DNA of 64,000 bases, from assembly GCA_046563655.1 (NCBI GenBank), contig CM102289.1, positions 6,014,001 to 6,078,000 of the forward strand, in the 5' to 3' direction. The notes under the pieces are model-generated. The model was not told the origin of the DNA. It saw only the letters and a program-made list of their open reading frames with translations, and ran no database searches. Below are positions 52,938 to 64,000 of this stretch, piece by piece; the stretch's first letter is position 1, and each line of letters opens with the position of its first letter. This DNA is from Yuukianura sp. NJ FZ-2021 (Eukaryota). Made by a program: the position numbers and the translations under genes.

Positions 52938-54064
52938 TCAGTTGGGGAAAAGTTCTTTGGCAGACTGGAGTGTCCAAAGCGTTCGATGACGAACGGATTC
53001 TTTGGATTTTTTGAACAAGACGTCCGTTCCATGAAGCCGATCCAAAAGACCAATCACACCAAAGTTGTAGTTAAACCTAGGTCAAACGGAACCATTCTTA
53101 AACTTCACAAATTTAACTTCACGAAAATTTGGAGTTTTTTTTTAAACAATGTACTTTAAGTGGTGGAAGTCATGCAATTCAGCTGAAACGAGAAACGGGA
53201 GATGGTAGCCACTATGGGTGATAAGTGTCGTTAGAATGGAAACTGCCATCCAGCCCCACAGAACAGCAACGTGTGTGCCAAGGATAAATGGACCTGGAGG
53301 TTATTATTTAACAAAAAATTTGTAAAACTTAACAAGTTGAACTTTGAAATTCTGAAAGTTTTTAAAAATCGAAGATGTAAAAAAAAAGCGACAGCTAATT
53401 TGATTTCAAATTTACCCGCCACGACTGGAATGATGTTAGACAGGACTTGTTCTACAGGATGACAGTAAATTGCTGCAATTGCCACTGGAGATACCCAAGT
53501 GTGATGCTTTTTGTGAATTCGTTTGTAAATTGGCGGGTAGTGAAGGGCTCTATGGAAGTAGTAAAACAAAACTTCAACCACAATGACGCTGAACAGAAGA
53601 TGGCCAATCACAGTCGTCAGAGATGGCAGTTCTTCGTAGGTAAACACTGGACGCCATTTGTCTAGTTCAAATGCCAGTAAAAGCCCGCCAAAAACTAAGC
53701 CTTGGTTTATGAGCACCACTTGGACCAAATCCAAAAAAGCTGCTTTGGAAATCTGCAGACGAGCGGAAATGAGATAATTCGAAATTTATGGTTTGAAGTG
53801 TTCAAATTCAAAATTTCTCGCAATTATGTGACTTACGGGATATGTCTTGACGTTCTCTTGAATTTTATACCGGGCCATGAACTTTGGTTTGCCAGTGAGG
53901 TCAACAATTGTAAACAGTGATCCAACTAACCAATAGAGACCAAAGAACACACCAAAACTTCCCCATACAAAGACATTGAACTTGTCATGTCCAAAGAAAT
54001 CCAAGACGGCGTCCCATTGATCCTGTGCCCACGAACTGTCAATTTTCGTCCAGGAACTCGCCAT
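52938..54064 (-). CDS. FAXDC2: Fatty acid hydroxylase / sterol desaturase superfamily protein (FAXDC2-like), paralog B
   Basis: [48 protein letters not shown]; same 4-exon structure as paralog A. Confidence 0.9.
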
Positions 54065-55192
54065 ACTTGATAAGGTTACCGCTGTTGACCTCCGACCTAA
54101 GTAAGATTGGCCTTTAGTGTACTAGTTGCCTTTGGGCTTTTTCAGTCTTTCAAACTCCTAGCTGACAACTTTTGACAAAATCGCCCAAGGGTATTAAAAA
54201 ATTGTATTTTGTTTAAAAATACTTTGTTCACTTTTGGTATAAAAATAAAGTATTAGAGGTGCAGGTAGTCAAAACTTGTCTATTCACTTCAAACAGTTTT
54301 CCACTTGACAAGATATTGATTTTTCAGTTTCAATTTTTGAAAAGTTTTGTTGTTCTCAACAACAAAAAAACCACTTTTGTGATGAAATTTCACTTAATAT
54401 ATATTTGCTTTCCTATGTATATGAATGTTTAGAAATGGATATGTCGCAGAGTTGCAAAAGTCCAAAACAGGAGGTCACGGGGAACTTATTCCTGATTAAC
54501 TCTGCGAATCAATGACCTTTGTGCTCATTACGCAAGGACTAGAGCAACACTGCGCAAAAATTTCAACGAATCAACAACTTTTATTTGGGGCCATTGAACA
54601 AACTCTGGAATTTTAAACTGGACTCAAACTAACATTTTCAGCTGCAATTAAATTATTCGTAAATGGGACTGTCCTGGATAAGATTGTACTTATCAAACTG
54701 ACAAAAAATTAACTGAAGTTATTTGTCATATATGAAAAAAAAATTATTTGAAATAATTTCTATTAACATGTACTGAACCATGGAAAAATTTGTATGATTA
54801 AATATTTCTAGCTATTCGTTAAAACGTTGTTTCGAAAAAAAAATTTGTTGCAATTCTTCGTCAACTGTAAAAACGAGTTTTGGATTGAGGTTATGATCTT
54901 CTGTAAGACGCTCTGAGCAATGTAGATTTCAGCAAGAATTTTTTTTGCAAGAAAGTACTTCATCGCGGCATCAATTCCGCATTGTCTTCTGTGCTGTAAA
55001 CTTTAGTCTGTGTCATTTACCCTCTCACCAGGTCAAGTTACACGTTATACTTTGTGCCCTTAATCAAAGTTTTTGGAAAACTTTTGCCATTTTAAAATGT
55101 AAGTGTGTTATTTAATGCAAATATTTTATAAATTATAGAATATTATTTAATAATAAGATATATTTGACTTTCATTGTTCTCTTAGGTGGGAT

Positions 55193-55390
55193 ATGGCTTA
55201 TACGATAGCGGAAGAAGTTATAAATTTCCTGTGTTTTGTGGGGTTAACACTTGCTATTGCAGTTTCAACACTTTGGGTATCCGCATTTTTCGTTTTGTAC
55301 GAGTGGATGAAGCATTTGTCAATTTCCTCCTCTCCTGTTGCCAAAAAACATCTCAATAACCTCATTTATGACAAAGTAGGAGTACTGTAA
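55193..55390 (+). CDS. Possible 65-aa single-pass membrane microprotein
   Basis: The ATG lies 7 nt after a TTCTCTTAG acceptor, with an upstream GTAAGT donor at ~55099. One long hydrophobic stretch. No recognisable homology. Confidence 0.35.
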   Translation: MAYTIAEEVINFLCFVGLTLAIAVSTLWVSAFFVLYEWMKHLSISSSPVAKKHLNNLIYDKVGVL

Positions 55391-56040
55391 AATTTTAAAT
55401 TAACGTATTATTTTATATATTATAATTTGACTAAAAATATTTTATATATTATGCATTGAATGCAAGCGTTTTATATAAATAATCAATTTTGTCTAAATGC
55501 TCAACCAATCTGAGTGAAATTTGTGTACAAAATGTGTATTATAAACCCGTTTTTTTTGGGTTATTTTGCAAAGTAGGGCGCTAAAATGTTTTGCAAAAGC
55601 CAAAACTTTCTCAACTTTTAAAGCGTCACTTTCTCAATAATTTTTGGCACTTTGTGTCAAAATTTGAAGACGAGATTAAGTTACACATAAAAGAGACTCA
55701 AGATTAGAATATTGCGTGACACATGATTTATTTTCGAAATAACTTTAATTTTTTGCTACTTCTCTCGAACGTATTTCGTGCATACTGATAATTAGTTACA
55801 TTAGAGACGACTAACGAAAAAGTTCACAATTTTTTACAGAATAGAGTCTGCTTACTCACGACAGTAATCATGCGCATTAGACATTTTAACTGCGATTCTG
55901 CGATTTCTAAACACAGTAATAAAAAAAAAGTTTAATGCTGAGAGTAATACGTGAAAGTAAATTTGTAGATTTCTAAAATATTTTGGGTAACAACGTATAA
56001 TATCAACAACGAGAAAAACATATTTTCGATGTTTTGAAAA

Positions 56041-57840
56041 TCACAGCGAAAAGAGCTTAACGAACTCCTCCGGTTTGAGTGAAATCAAAAATGGCGTTGA
56101 AATACAATTATGTCCAAACGATGGCCAAAATAGAGTGCGACAAGTCTTGCAAAGGTTGATTTCCTCTGCAAATTTCTCAACCAATCCGTGCTTCCTGTGA
56201 TTTAGTAAAGTACACAAAAAATTGGTTCATTTTTAGGCAATGTTGCGTGACAAAGTAGCATTAAGTGAGTGTTTTAGTTTAGTTTGGTTAGGTTTTTGCA
56301 CTATGAAGGTCACTGACCTCTTGAGACGATGATACATTTCCTTCCAGGTAAAGTTGCCATTGGAGGCTTCAATTGCATCTTGGATTTGGATGCTTGTGAA
56401 ATGGTAGTTACACAATTCCCGCCAAATCCGACTTTCACCGATAATACGTTTGAGAAACTCGGAAGATTCGGAGAGGTTCAACAGGTCAGCGTGATGATTC
56501 AGTTTCAAAATAATTTCTCGAACGGCAACTTCAGGAAGTTCATGGAGATCCTTAAGAAAGAATTTCAAAATTTTGAATTTTGAACTTTTTCAAAAAAGAA
56601 AAAAATTTCAATTCACCCCAGCGGCACAAATAAAGTCTCCCTTGCCAAAAGCCTCCAGTTTTTCAAGTCGGCGTTTATTCTGTTGCTGAAGTGTCGTAGA
56701 GCCCAGCGGTCTTCCCCAACAGCCATATTTTGCAATACTGTCTCTACAAGGTCAAAGGTCAATTTATTTTGGCGCGTATTTGTAATTTGAAAAAAAAATT
56801 ATAAATACCTGAGATTAATAATTAGCTGTTTGAGGATGTGGCTTCCAGTATTATTATTTTCTTTGACAAAAAGAGCAACTTCTTCTAGAAGTGACAGAAG
56901 AATACGCTGAGAAGATCCACCCAAGTGATTCAGATTTTGGTTAATCAAAAGATTCAAAATTGTTGAGGTGTAGCCGAAACGACGAATGTCACGGCAAGCA
57001 GATGGGAAGTCCAATTGAAGCAGAGCTTCACTCAAAGTGTTCTTGTACGGAACCTAAAACACATTTTAAAAAACATGTAAACGTTTTTTGTTTTATTTTT
57101 AGATTCTGCGGAAAAAAACTTTTTAAAAAGATGCCAAATTTCAACTTGGAAAGTTTATGACTCATTTTTTGAAAAATACGTTATGTGGATGTTTTGAACT
57201 GCAGGTGACTAATCCAAGCAGTGCGCAGTTTATCAATGTTGTTCAAAGCCAAACGTAATGCGCACTCCGCAAAACAGGTTTATCATGGGAAAATACCGAT
57301 GGATTATGGTCCATTTTGACTTGATCAAAATTTAAACAACAAATTAGCACTTTTTTCTTATATTGAAGTACTGGACTACAGAAAAATTAAAACTCTCTAA
57401 AAACTATTGGTTTACTAAAGAAGTTTTTTTTTATTAAACTGACCTCTCGAGTTCTTCTGATGGTAACCTGGACATGTGGAGCCGAGTCGCCTTCTTTCTG
57501 TTGACTAACGTCCGGAATCTGAGACAAAAATGACTCGTCGACATCTCTGTCCAGTGACCTGCGTAAGGTCAAGAAAAACAAGAACAAAGTTAAGTTGAGT
57601 TGTGAGAAGGTGAAAGTTCACTTTCTCCAACAAAAGCTCTGCCCGAACAATAAGAAAATTCAAACTTGATGTTCAGGAACTGAATCCGATTGTCTTCAAC
57701 ATGTAAATTTTTGATTTAGAAAAACTGAAATTTTGACTTTACCTCAAAAACTGAAGTATTTTGACCTTTTCCCAGTTTCCATCTTTCGTTTTGACCCAGA
57801 GCTCTCCAGGACCTCTCCAGTCCTTGGAAATGAAAGGCAT
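56041..57840 (-). CDS. FBXO32: F-box protein 32/25 (atrogin-1-like)
   Basis: MPFISKDWRGPGELWVKT, LSEALLQLDFPSACRDIRRFGY, WGRPLGS, F-box LHELPEVAVREIILKL and C-terminal LCKTCRTLFWPSFGHNC. Six exons. Confidence 0.92.
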
Positions 57841-58838
57841 CAAAAGCCTTGATTAACAAAATCCGAAAAAACTTTTTAAAAAAAACGAAACTAAAAGAAA
57901 ATCGTTTTGAGCAGGAACAACAAAGGAAATTGTTTGTAGTGAGCAGTGTGTTACTGCGGACAGCGTTGTGTTTGTGATGCTATCGATTCTCAGCTGAGTC
58001 CGTGTTTACAAATATACCAAAACGGAGGCAGTTTGGTAACTTGCAGTACAGGGAGTCCATCGATCCATGGAATTTACACGCAGAAGGTAGGATTTTGGAT
58101 ATAGCCGAACACTTTTTGGCAAAAAGGGGAGATGACGGGAGAAGTTTTGGCAAATTCTTTGTTCTTTGTCCACAGATCACTATGATTTTTCCCACAGAAG
58201 AGGGGATCTGTGGCCTCACCACAAGGGAAACTGTTCGGCGTAATTCCTACTAAAAACAGATTATAATTTAGCACTTTGTTGGAAGTTTTTGTGTCTTTTG
58301 AACCCATTTCGTTTTTATTTTGAGTCATCATGCTTCAGGAAGCACAACAATTGGATTTATGGAAGGAGGACAATGACTTGCAAGAGACATTAAAAAAAAC
58401 TAACCTATTTAACTTCCCCAAAAATTATCAGACAACTTATTGCAGAAACTGATCAAATTGGGCTTCTGTGTCATCAAAAACAGTTCAACTGCAAAATTGG
58501 ACGACTGCATAGCTAATTTTTTTTTCTGCATACATTGATAATAATAAAAATTATAAAATTCTAAAGTTATACAATTAAAGGCGTTAAGATTTACGACGAA
58601 AACAATTCAAAATATGCAAATTCGGCAGGTTATTGTGAGTACTGCGGCGCTAAATTCGTAAAACCTTGTAATGAGGCAACCTTTTAAAAAAAGGCGGGAA
58701 AGCTTTGTTTTGACTTTTCTTTTTTAAGTTTTATGAATTTGTAGCGAAAAATAACGGAACACAAAATTTTCGGAGTCGTCTCTTTCTTAATTAATTAAAT
58801 TGTCGTTAGTTAATTAGATTTCGATTGTGTATTTGCTA

Positions 58839-60758
58839 ATGGAGGTTTGGTATGATGCAGAGGAATATATCGACGAGGTGGAACGCGGTTGTTATCCCGA
58901 TGTTGAAGCTACGAAATTACGTAAGTAAAATTCAACCAATTTGTTGTGTTTTGCATTCTTCGAAGAAACAAATTCGAAATTTACACATACATGTAATTTG
59001 TTCTCGCTTGTTGCAGAATGTGTCCTGCTGGCTAACCGTTTGGTACAAGAACTTTTCCTGCTCGACCTACCACGATACACCGACATTAGTGAAATTGAAG
59101 TCTCACATTTACTTGAAATGTACTGTCGGATAATGGATTTGAATAGTGATGGTAAATGATAAGAACTACTAACATGATAATTTGTGAATTTACGAAAGCT
59201 AACTTTATTGTTGGGGATAGATTTTATTCCGAGCCGTTACCAATGGAATACCATAGAGCAAATCCTCATGTCAATGCGAGATAAATTCGGCGCAGAACAA
59301 TTCCAGCATCTTGATAGCATGATGATAGCTGTGGGCGAGCCTAGTTATTTCCATTGCCTGCTCGAAATTTTCGAAACCATTGTCAGGTTTCAACGAGAAA
59401 ATGGAAAACGCTACGACAACTTAGATAACCTGAATAGGACAATCTTGACTGACTCCGAAATGTCAACTGTACCTCCGCCTCCCGAGGAAAATGTAAAATA
59501 TAATTTTATAAATCATCTAAGGCAAAATTCTTAAAGTCGATTTCCTTTTTACAGGTTATAAAGGGTGCTCCTCCAGGCGTAGCGGTGTCTTCGTCCGCAT
59601 CAGATTTGGAGCTGGATTTGGTCATTCTACAAGACGATACAGGTAATGAAGAGGTGGGCCTGAAGGAGATTCAGGAAACATCAAAGGGCTACAGATTAGA
59701 AGTCGTCATTCCGAAAATGCCGAAATCAGCTACGGATGGGGAGCAAACATCAAGAAGCGTAAATAATGACCCAGGAGTTAACTCCCCATACGATCAACAG
59801 TTCAGGAATATCACTCCATCGGATGGACGCGAAAAAGCCTCGCTGCCTGGAGCCAAGGTACTTACTCCATATTAAGGTGCATTTTATACTACTACTACTC
59901 AACTACTACTTTTTAGTAGTAGTTGACAAGCTTATTGAACTGTATTGCTTATTTTCATTGTAGCAACCTGGAAGAAAGGATGAAATGCACAAAAGGTTAC
60001 ACAGTGGTAGAGAAAATGATGAAGTATTTCTTCCAGCATATAAGCACTTAGGTAAAAAGAAATCAAGAACAACTTCGGATGCTGCAGTAGGAAAACAAGA
60101 TTTGCCGCAGGAAAATAAGAAAATTCAGGCCAAAGCACAGGCAAAGGGAGACAAATTGGAAAGTATTTCCAATTCAGATGCGCTCAGAATTAGACAAGAC
60201 ATGTCAAACGAAGCAGAACTTAGAAAAGCCAGACTCAAAAAGGCTACAACCAAACCAGAATCAGGGTTTCAGCCAACTAAGGACCAGAACATGCTTAAGA
60301 AAGTGCCCAGTTCTTCAAAGGCAAATCGAAATGAACCTAACGTTCCAATGCAACGTCGACATGACGAACCGGTTAGGATGAAAGACAGGAACCAATCACC
60401 GTCAAAATCAGCCACTACTAGTACAGACGTTGACGAGGGAGACGGTAGTCCGGAATTGGAAGGGGTTTACCGAAATCTTCAACGAAATCTGATAGATCAG
60501 TTGTTACAATTGGAGGAAGAAGTTGATTCTCTGAAGAGAAAACAGAATCGTGATTTCATCAGTAGCGATAGGAAGAAACAAGGGACAAGGTCTAACAAAG
60601 TCAAATACGACTACTTCGGAAGACCAATCAAGGAGAGATTTCCGTACTATCCTTATGGATTCATCCGACCAAGGTGCGAAGGCTCGAAATTGCCACCATT
60701 TTGTCGTCCTAAAACTGCCCAGTCCTCGAACGAGGAAAAGGAAAACATAGATGCGTAA
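58839..60758 (+). CDS. CEP95-like protein (N-terminal CH-like domain, low-complexity and coiled-coil C-terminus)
   Basis: Five exons (58839-58920, 59018-59151, 59221-59492, ~59555-59857, 59964-60758) splice in frame. The pattern LANRL...LLEMY..I...DFIP...IEQILMSM...HLDSMMI..GE....CLLEIF resembles the CEP95 N-terminus from memory. The gene is well supported; its identity is tentative. Confidence 0.65.
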
Positions 60759-60918
60759 ATATTTAATCTTTACGTGAGCTGCTAACTTAAATTTTTTGCT
60801 TCTTGTTTCATCAATTTCACTTTTGAGACAGTTACGGTACTGTGAAATCATTCTTTAATTAAAAAGGACTAGAAAAATCGGAAGAATTTGTTAAGTTAAA
60901 AGAAGGCATGCGTTCTGT

Positions 60919-61493
60919 TCATTTGTATGGTGGTAGCCACACATTTCGGAGTTCCATGAACACTTTGTTGACTTCTGCGTCATCATGGGAAAAAGTGTTT
61001 GCAATTAGAAGGAATTCCTTGAGACCTAGATTAAAATCGATTAATTACAAACAAACAACCCTCTCGTTCGACATACATACCGTGAGTAATATCTTGCTTT
61101 ACCCTCGCTTCCCTTCGCTATTCCCAGTTCCTCCAGAACAGTTTTCTGGACATCCAGTACAATTGGAAACGTCAGTCGCAGTACTTCCACCATGTCATTT
61201 CCAGCTTCTTCTTTTGCTGCATTTACTCGACCAGCTTCTCTTGTCTCCAGTCTCTCCAGCATTTTCCACAGGATATCTGTATCACAATTAAAAGGTAGAC
61301 AGTAAGCAAACTGATTATCATTATCGAACTTTTATCTTCGATGAAAAAAATGATTCAAAAATTTTGCAAACTGCAAGTGAAAACAAACAAAAACGTTTCA
61401 AATTCTTCGTTTACCTTTAACATCCATTGCCGACAACTCTTTCTTGATATTGGCATAAAGTGGAACATTCGAAGACGAATATCCCTCCGCCAT
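60919..61493 (-). CDS. C12orf57: Protein C10 homolog (C12orf57/Grcc10), ~119 aa
   Basis: Exons 61493-61415, 61276-61103, 61025-60919. AKEEAGNDM...FPIV..VQ..VL...G....EG...F......DAEV......LR...LPP matches the C10 family pattern. Confidence 0.85.
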
Positions 61494-63792
61494 TTTCCTT
61501 TTGATCTGACTTATTTAAGTTAATGAATGTCGCTTAGTTACTTAAGTTAATTAACGAGTTCAAGTTAATTGTAGTTACTTATTATAATTCGTGTTTTTTT
61601 TTACATTTGGTTTGTGCGGTTTGTGGAATATTTTTTGAATGAAATTCAACAATCAATTCTTATGTTAAAAAAAACTTCCCGGTTTTTGGCAATGTTATTG
61701 ACTGTAGTTCAGATTTTCCCGCTAGCAGATGGTAGCACATACACGTATTGCTACGTTGAACCAACGCTAATTATTCAATGAGACTCAAGTTTCTAAGTTC
61801 TAATTCATTAATATTAATAATAATTAACATTTGCAAAGTTATATCTCAATTAATTAACACTCGAATTGATTAATCAGTTTAAGAACATGGAATTATTACG
61901 GTATATTGGACCGAAATTCTGTAAACTAATTAACTTTTTTTTTCAATTCGAATGTTTATTTTTCAAGTGTGAAGTGTTTTCAATTTTCTTGACTTTCTTC
62001 GTCGTCTACAACGCATTTTGTAACTGTAAGTGGTGTAAGTGTCCTTGACACATTCTATTTCTTGTATCTAACTTGAAGCCAAGCACCTCAGCAGGAAACT
62101 TTAATTTACAGACCTTCTGTCATTAACTAACAACGACATGAGAGTTGGAGCTACAAAGTGAAAGCACTTTTCTCTGATCTTCTCATAAATCAAAAATAAA
62201 CGTAGAAGAAGCGACGCTGTGAACCGATGAAACGACTCTGTCGTGTTTATATACTTTACTTTGTTACGCTGAAATGTTTGTGGATACATTTCAGTTTCAG
62301 CAACATCCCATCAACACTTCAAAACGAAAAGGCAAGCTATACATCAACATCACTCACTCCATTCAAACTTTGAACTAAACTTTTTAGTAATTTAAGCTCA
62401 AGACGCTTAAGCAACTTCAGTGTTTGGAAAGTAATCTTGTAAGGAAGCATTTTAGCAAAAAGGAACTTGCTTCATATGTTTCCACGCAGTAATCAAATAT
62501 TTACTAGATCCATCAGACTTTACCATCGTTCTTCATTTTTAACTTGTAGTTGGGCTGACTCCGTACAAATGAAAACAGAAACCCAGAAGCTTAAAAGTTT
62601 TTTTTTGAAATTGGATGGAATTGGATCTTGATTTCTATTTTTAGAATTTGCTTCAATCTGACTTGTCCTCTGCTCTGCTCAATTTGAACAAGAAGCTCAT
62701 TGGAAATCAGAGACGCCTCTTTCGATTTGTTTCAAATTCAGCAGAGTAAGCATACCCGTGACACTTTTTAAGTAACGTACAACTTCTTTTTTGTTTGAAC
62801 CCAGAAATTTAAACTTTTTCAGAACAATCTTGTTTTGTCTTGCTGTTACAAACTTTTCGGTGAGTAAAACTCCTTCTGTTGACATAATTTTTTTTTGTCG
62901 AGAGACAACACGGGAAAGTTTCAAACCCAACCTTAACCAATCTTGAAGTTTTGAGACAATGACGCATTGCCAATTTTGAAACCCTTGTTACAAACATTTT
63001 TCAGTTAAAAGTTTTTGGAAATAAAGTTTCCTTTCTAATGAAGTTTTTTTCTGCCAACAAATTGCAAAGTTCAAGCCACATTTTGTAGAGACGCGTAACT
63101 AATTTCACGGCTTTTTGTTAAAAAGAAGCGCCGCTGGAATTGATTGCAAGGAAAACAGCGTTGCAGTAATGAACAGCAACTGCTGGAGGCAAATCAAAGT
63201 TAAAATTTAAAAAAAATTAAAAGCAGCGGAAAAAGTGATGTGACGTTTAATTTCCGTGTGTTTGAAGTCTAATACATCAGCATTTTTTTTCTGTCGTTTT
63301 CTAGGAATATTGAGTAACCCTAAAGTGACTGTAGTGAGTGTGGAGTTAATTAATTAGTTTTGTGGCTGTGACTAAGTTCGTCAGTGATTTATCCTGCCTT
63401 AACCCCTTGACACTGGACGTTCTGGAGCATTTTTGGACTGTTAAGATAAAGTGGGCGTCTTCTGGTTGTTTATTTGGTGAAGAGGCCAAAGGGAACACGG
63501 CGTAACCACAGGAGGTAACCACAGAAAGAGGAGACATTCATTCTTATCGCCAGTCTCTTATGAAATAGCTCTTTAAAACATAACTTAGCTTTTACTAACT
63601 TTAACCAACTTAAGGTTACGCTTAATGTGGATCATGATTAACGTCTTTGTGACAGGATACATATACAAGGGAGTGCTTAAACGAACAAAATAAAGTTCAG
63701 GGTGTGGAAAAATACTCAAAATTTGACACGACGTTTAAATCCCTGCATTCATAAATCGAGTTTTCAAGTTTAAAAACAATAATATTTCAAAA

Positions 63793-63856
63793 ACTACTGC
63801 TTAACACAGTTAGTTTACTACAGCTTAACACTGTTAGTTTACTACTGCTTAACACT
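63793..63856. repeat. 24-bp minisatellite, ~2.7 copies (ACTACTGCTTAACACAGTTAGTTT)
   Basis: Units start at 63793, 63817 and 63841, with 1-2 mismatches. Confidence 0.9.
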
Positions 63857-64000
63857 CTGGTAGCACAGCACTGTTAAAAACGAATCTAAAAAGTCATAGT
63901 CGAACCTAAACTCAAAAGTTTTAATCTGACGAAGTCGCTGAAAATGTTAGCCTAACAAAAGTTCTTGGATTGGTTAATTCGAATTTACTGTCGTCACAGT

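Noticed and set aside
58081..58255. RNase P-like P4 pairing (GAAGGTAGGA / AATTCCTACTA)
   Set aside because: The topology is simply nested rather than a pseudoknot, and CR-IV/CR-V consensus and P1 are missing. Kept only as an unassigned structure.
63793..63856. 24-bp repeat as a possible CRISPR array
   Set aside because: Units are head-to-tail with no spacers, and the context is eukaryotic.
63925..63960. Minimal hammerhead-like CTGACGA-AGTCGCT-GAAA
   Set aside because: No stem I pairing can be formed around a cleavage triplet.

Overview
AT-rich, intron-containing eukaryotic DNA from a compact invertebrate genome (arthropod-like by RpS6 and nuclear-receptor sequence; species not identifiable from the sequence alone). 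There are no prokaryotic features such as CRISPR arrays or operons. Gene models were spliced by hand. 1-8.7 kb is mostly non-coding, with one candidate first coding exon. 8.7-12.9 kb holds three tandem copies of an unrecognised ~177-aa multi-pass membrane gene. 15.8-18.5 kb holds a secreted Cys-rich gene and a broken duplicate. These are followed by GBA (+), CTR1 (-), FAM169-like (+), AP3B (-, apparently lacking its appendage domain), RpS6 (+), an HR97/HR96-type nuclear receptor with a long Q-rich tail (-), STT3A (-), SCAMP (-), two FAXDC2-like paralogs (-) flanking a small Cys-repeat secreted gene (+), FBXO32/25 (-), a CEP95-like gene (+) and a C12orf57/C10 homolog (-). Pogo/Tc2-type transposon remnants sit in GBA and AP3B introns. 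The most notable unannotated signals are three H/ACA snoRNAs in consecutive RpS6 introns with identifiable rRNA targets, a sense-biased intronic (TGACCT)n motif, the ear-less AP3B, and the orphan tandem gene families.
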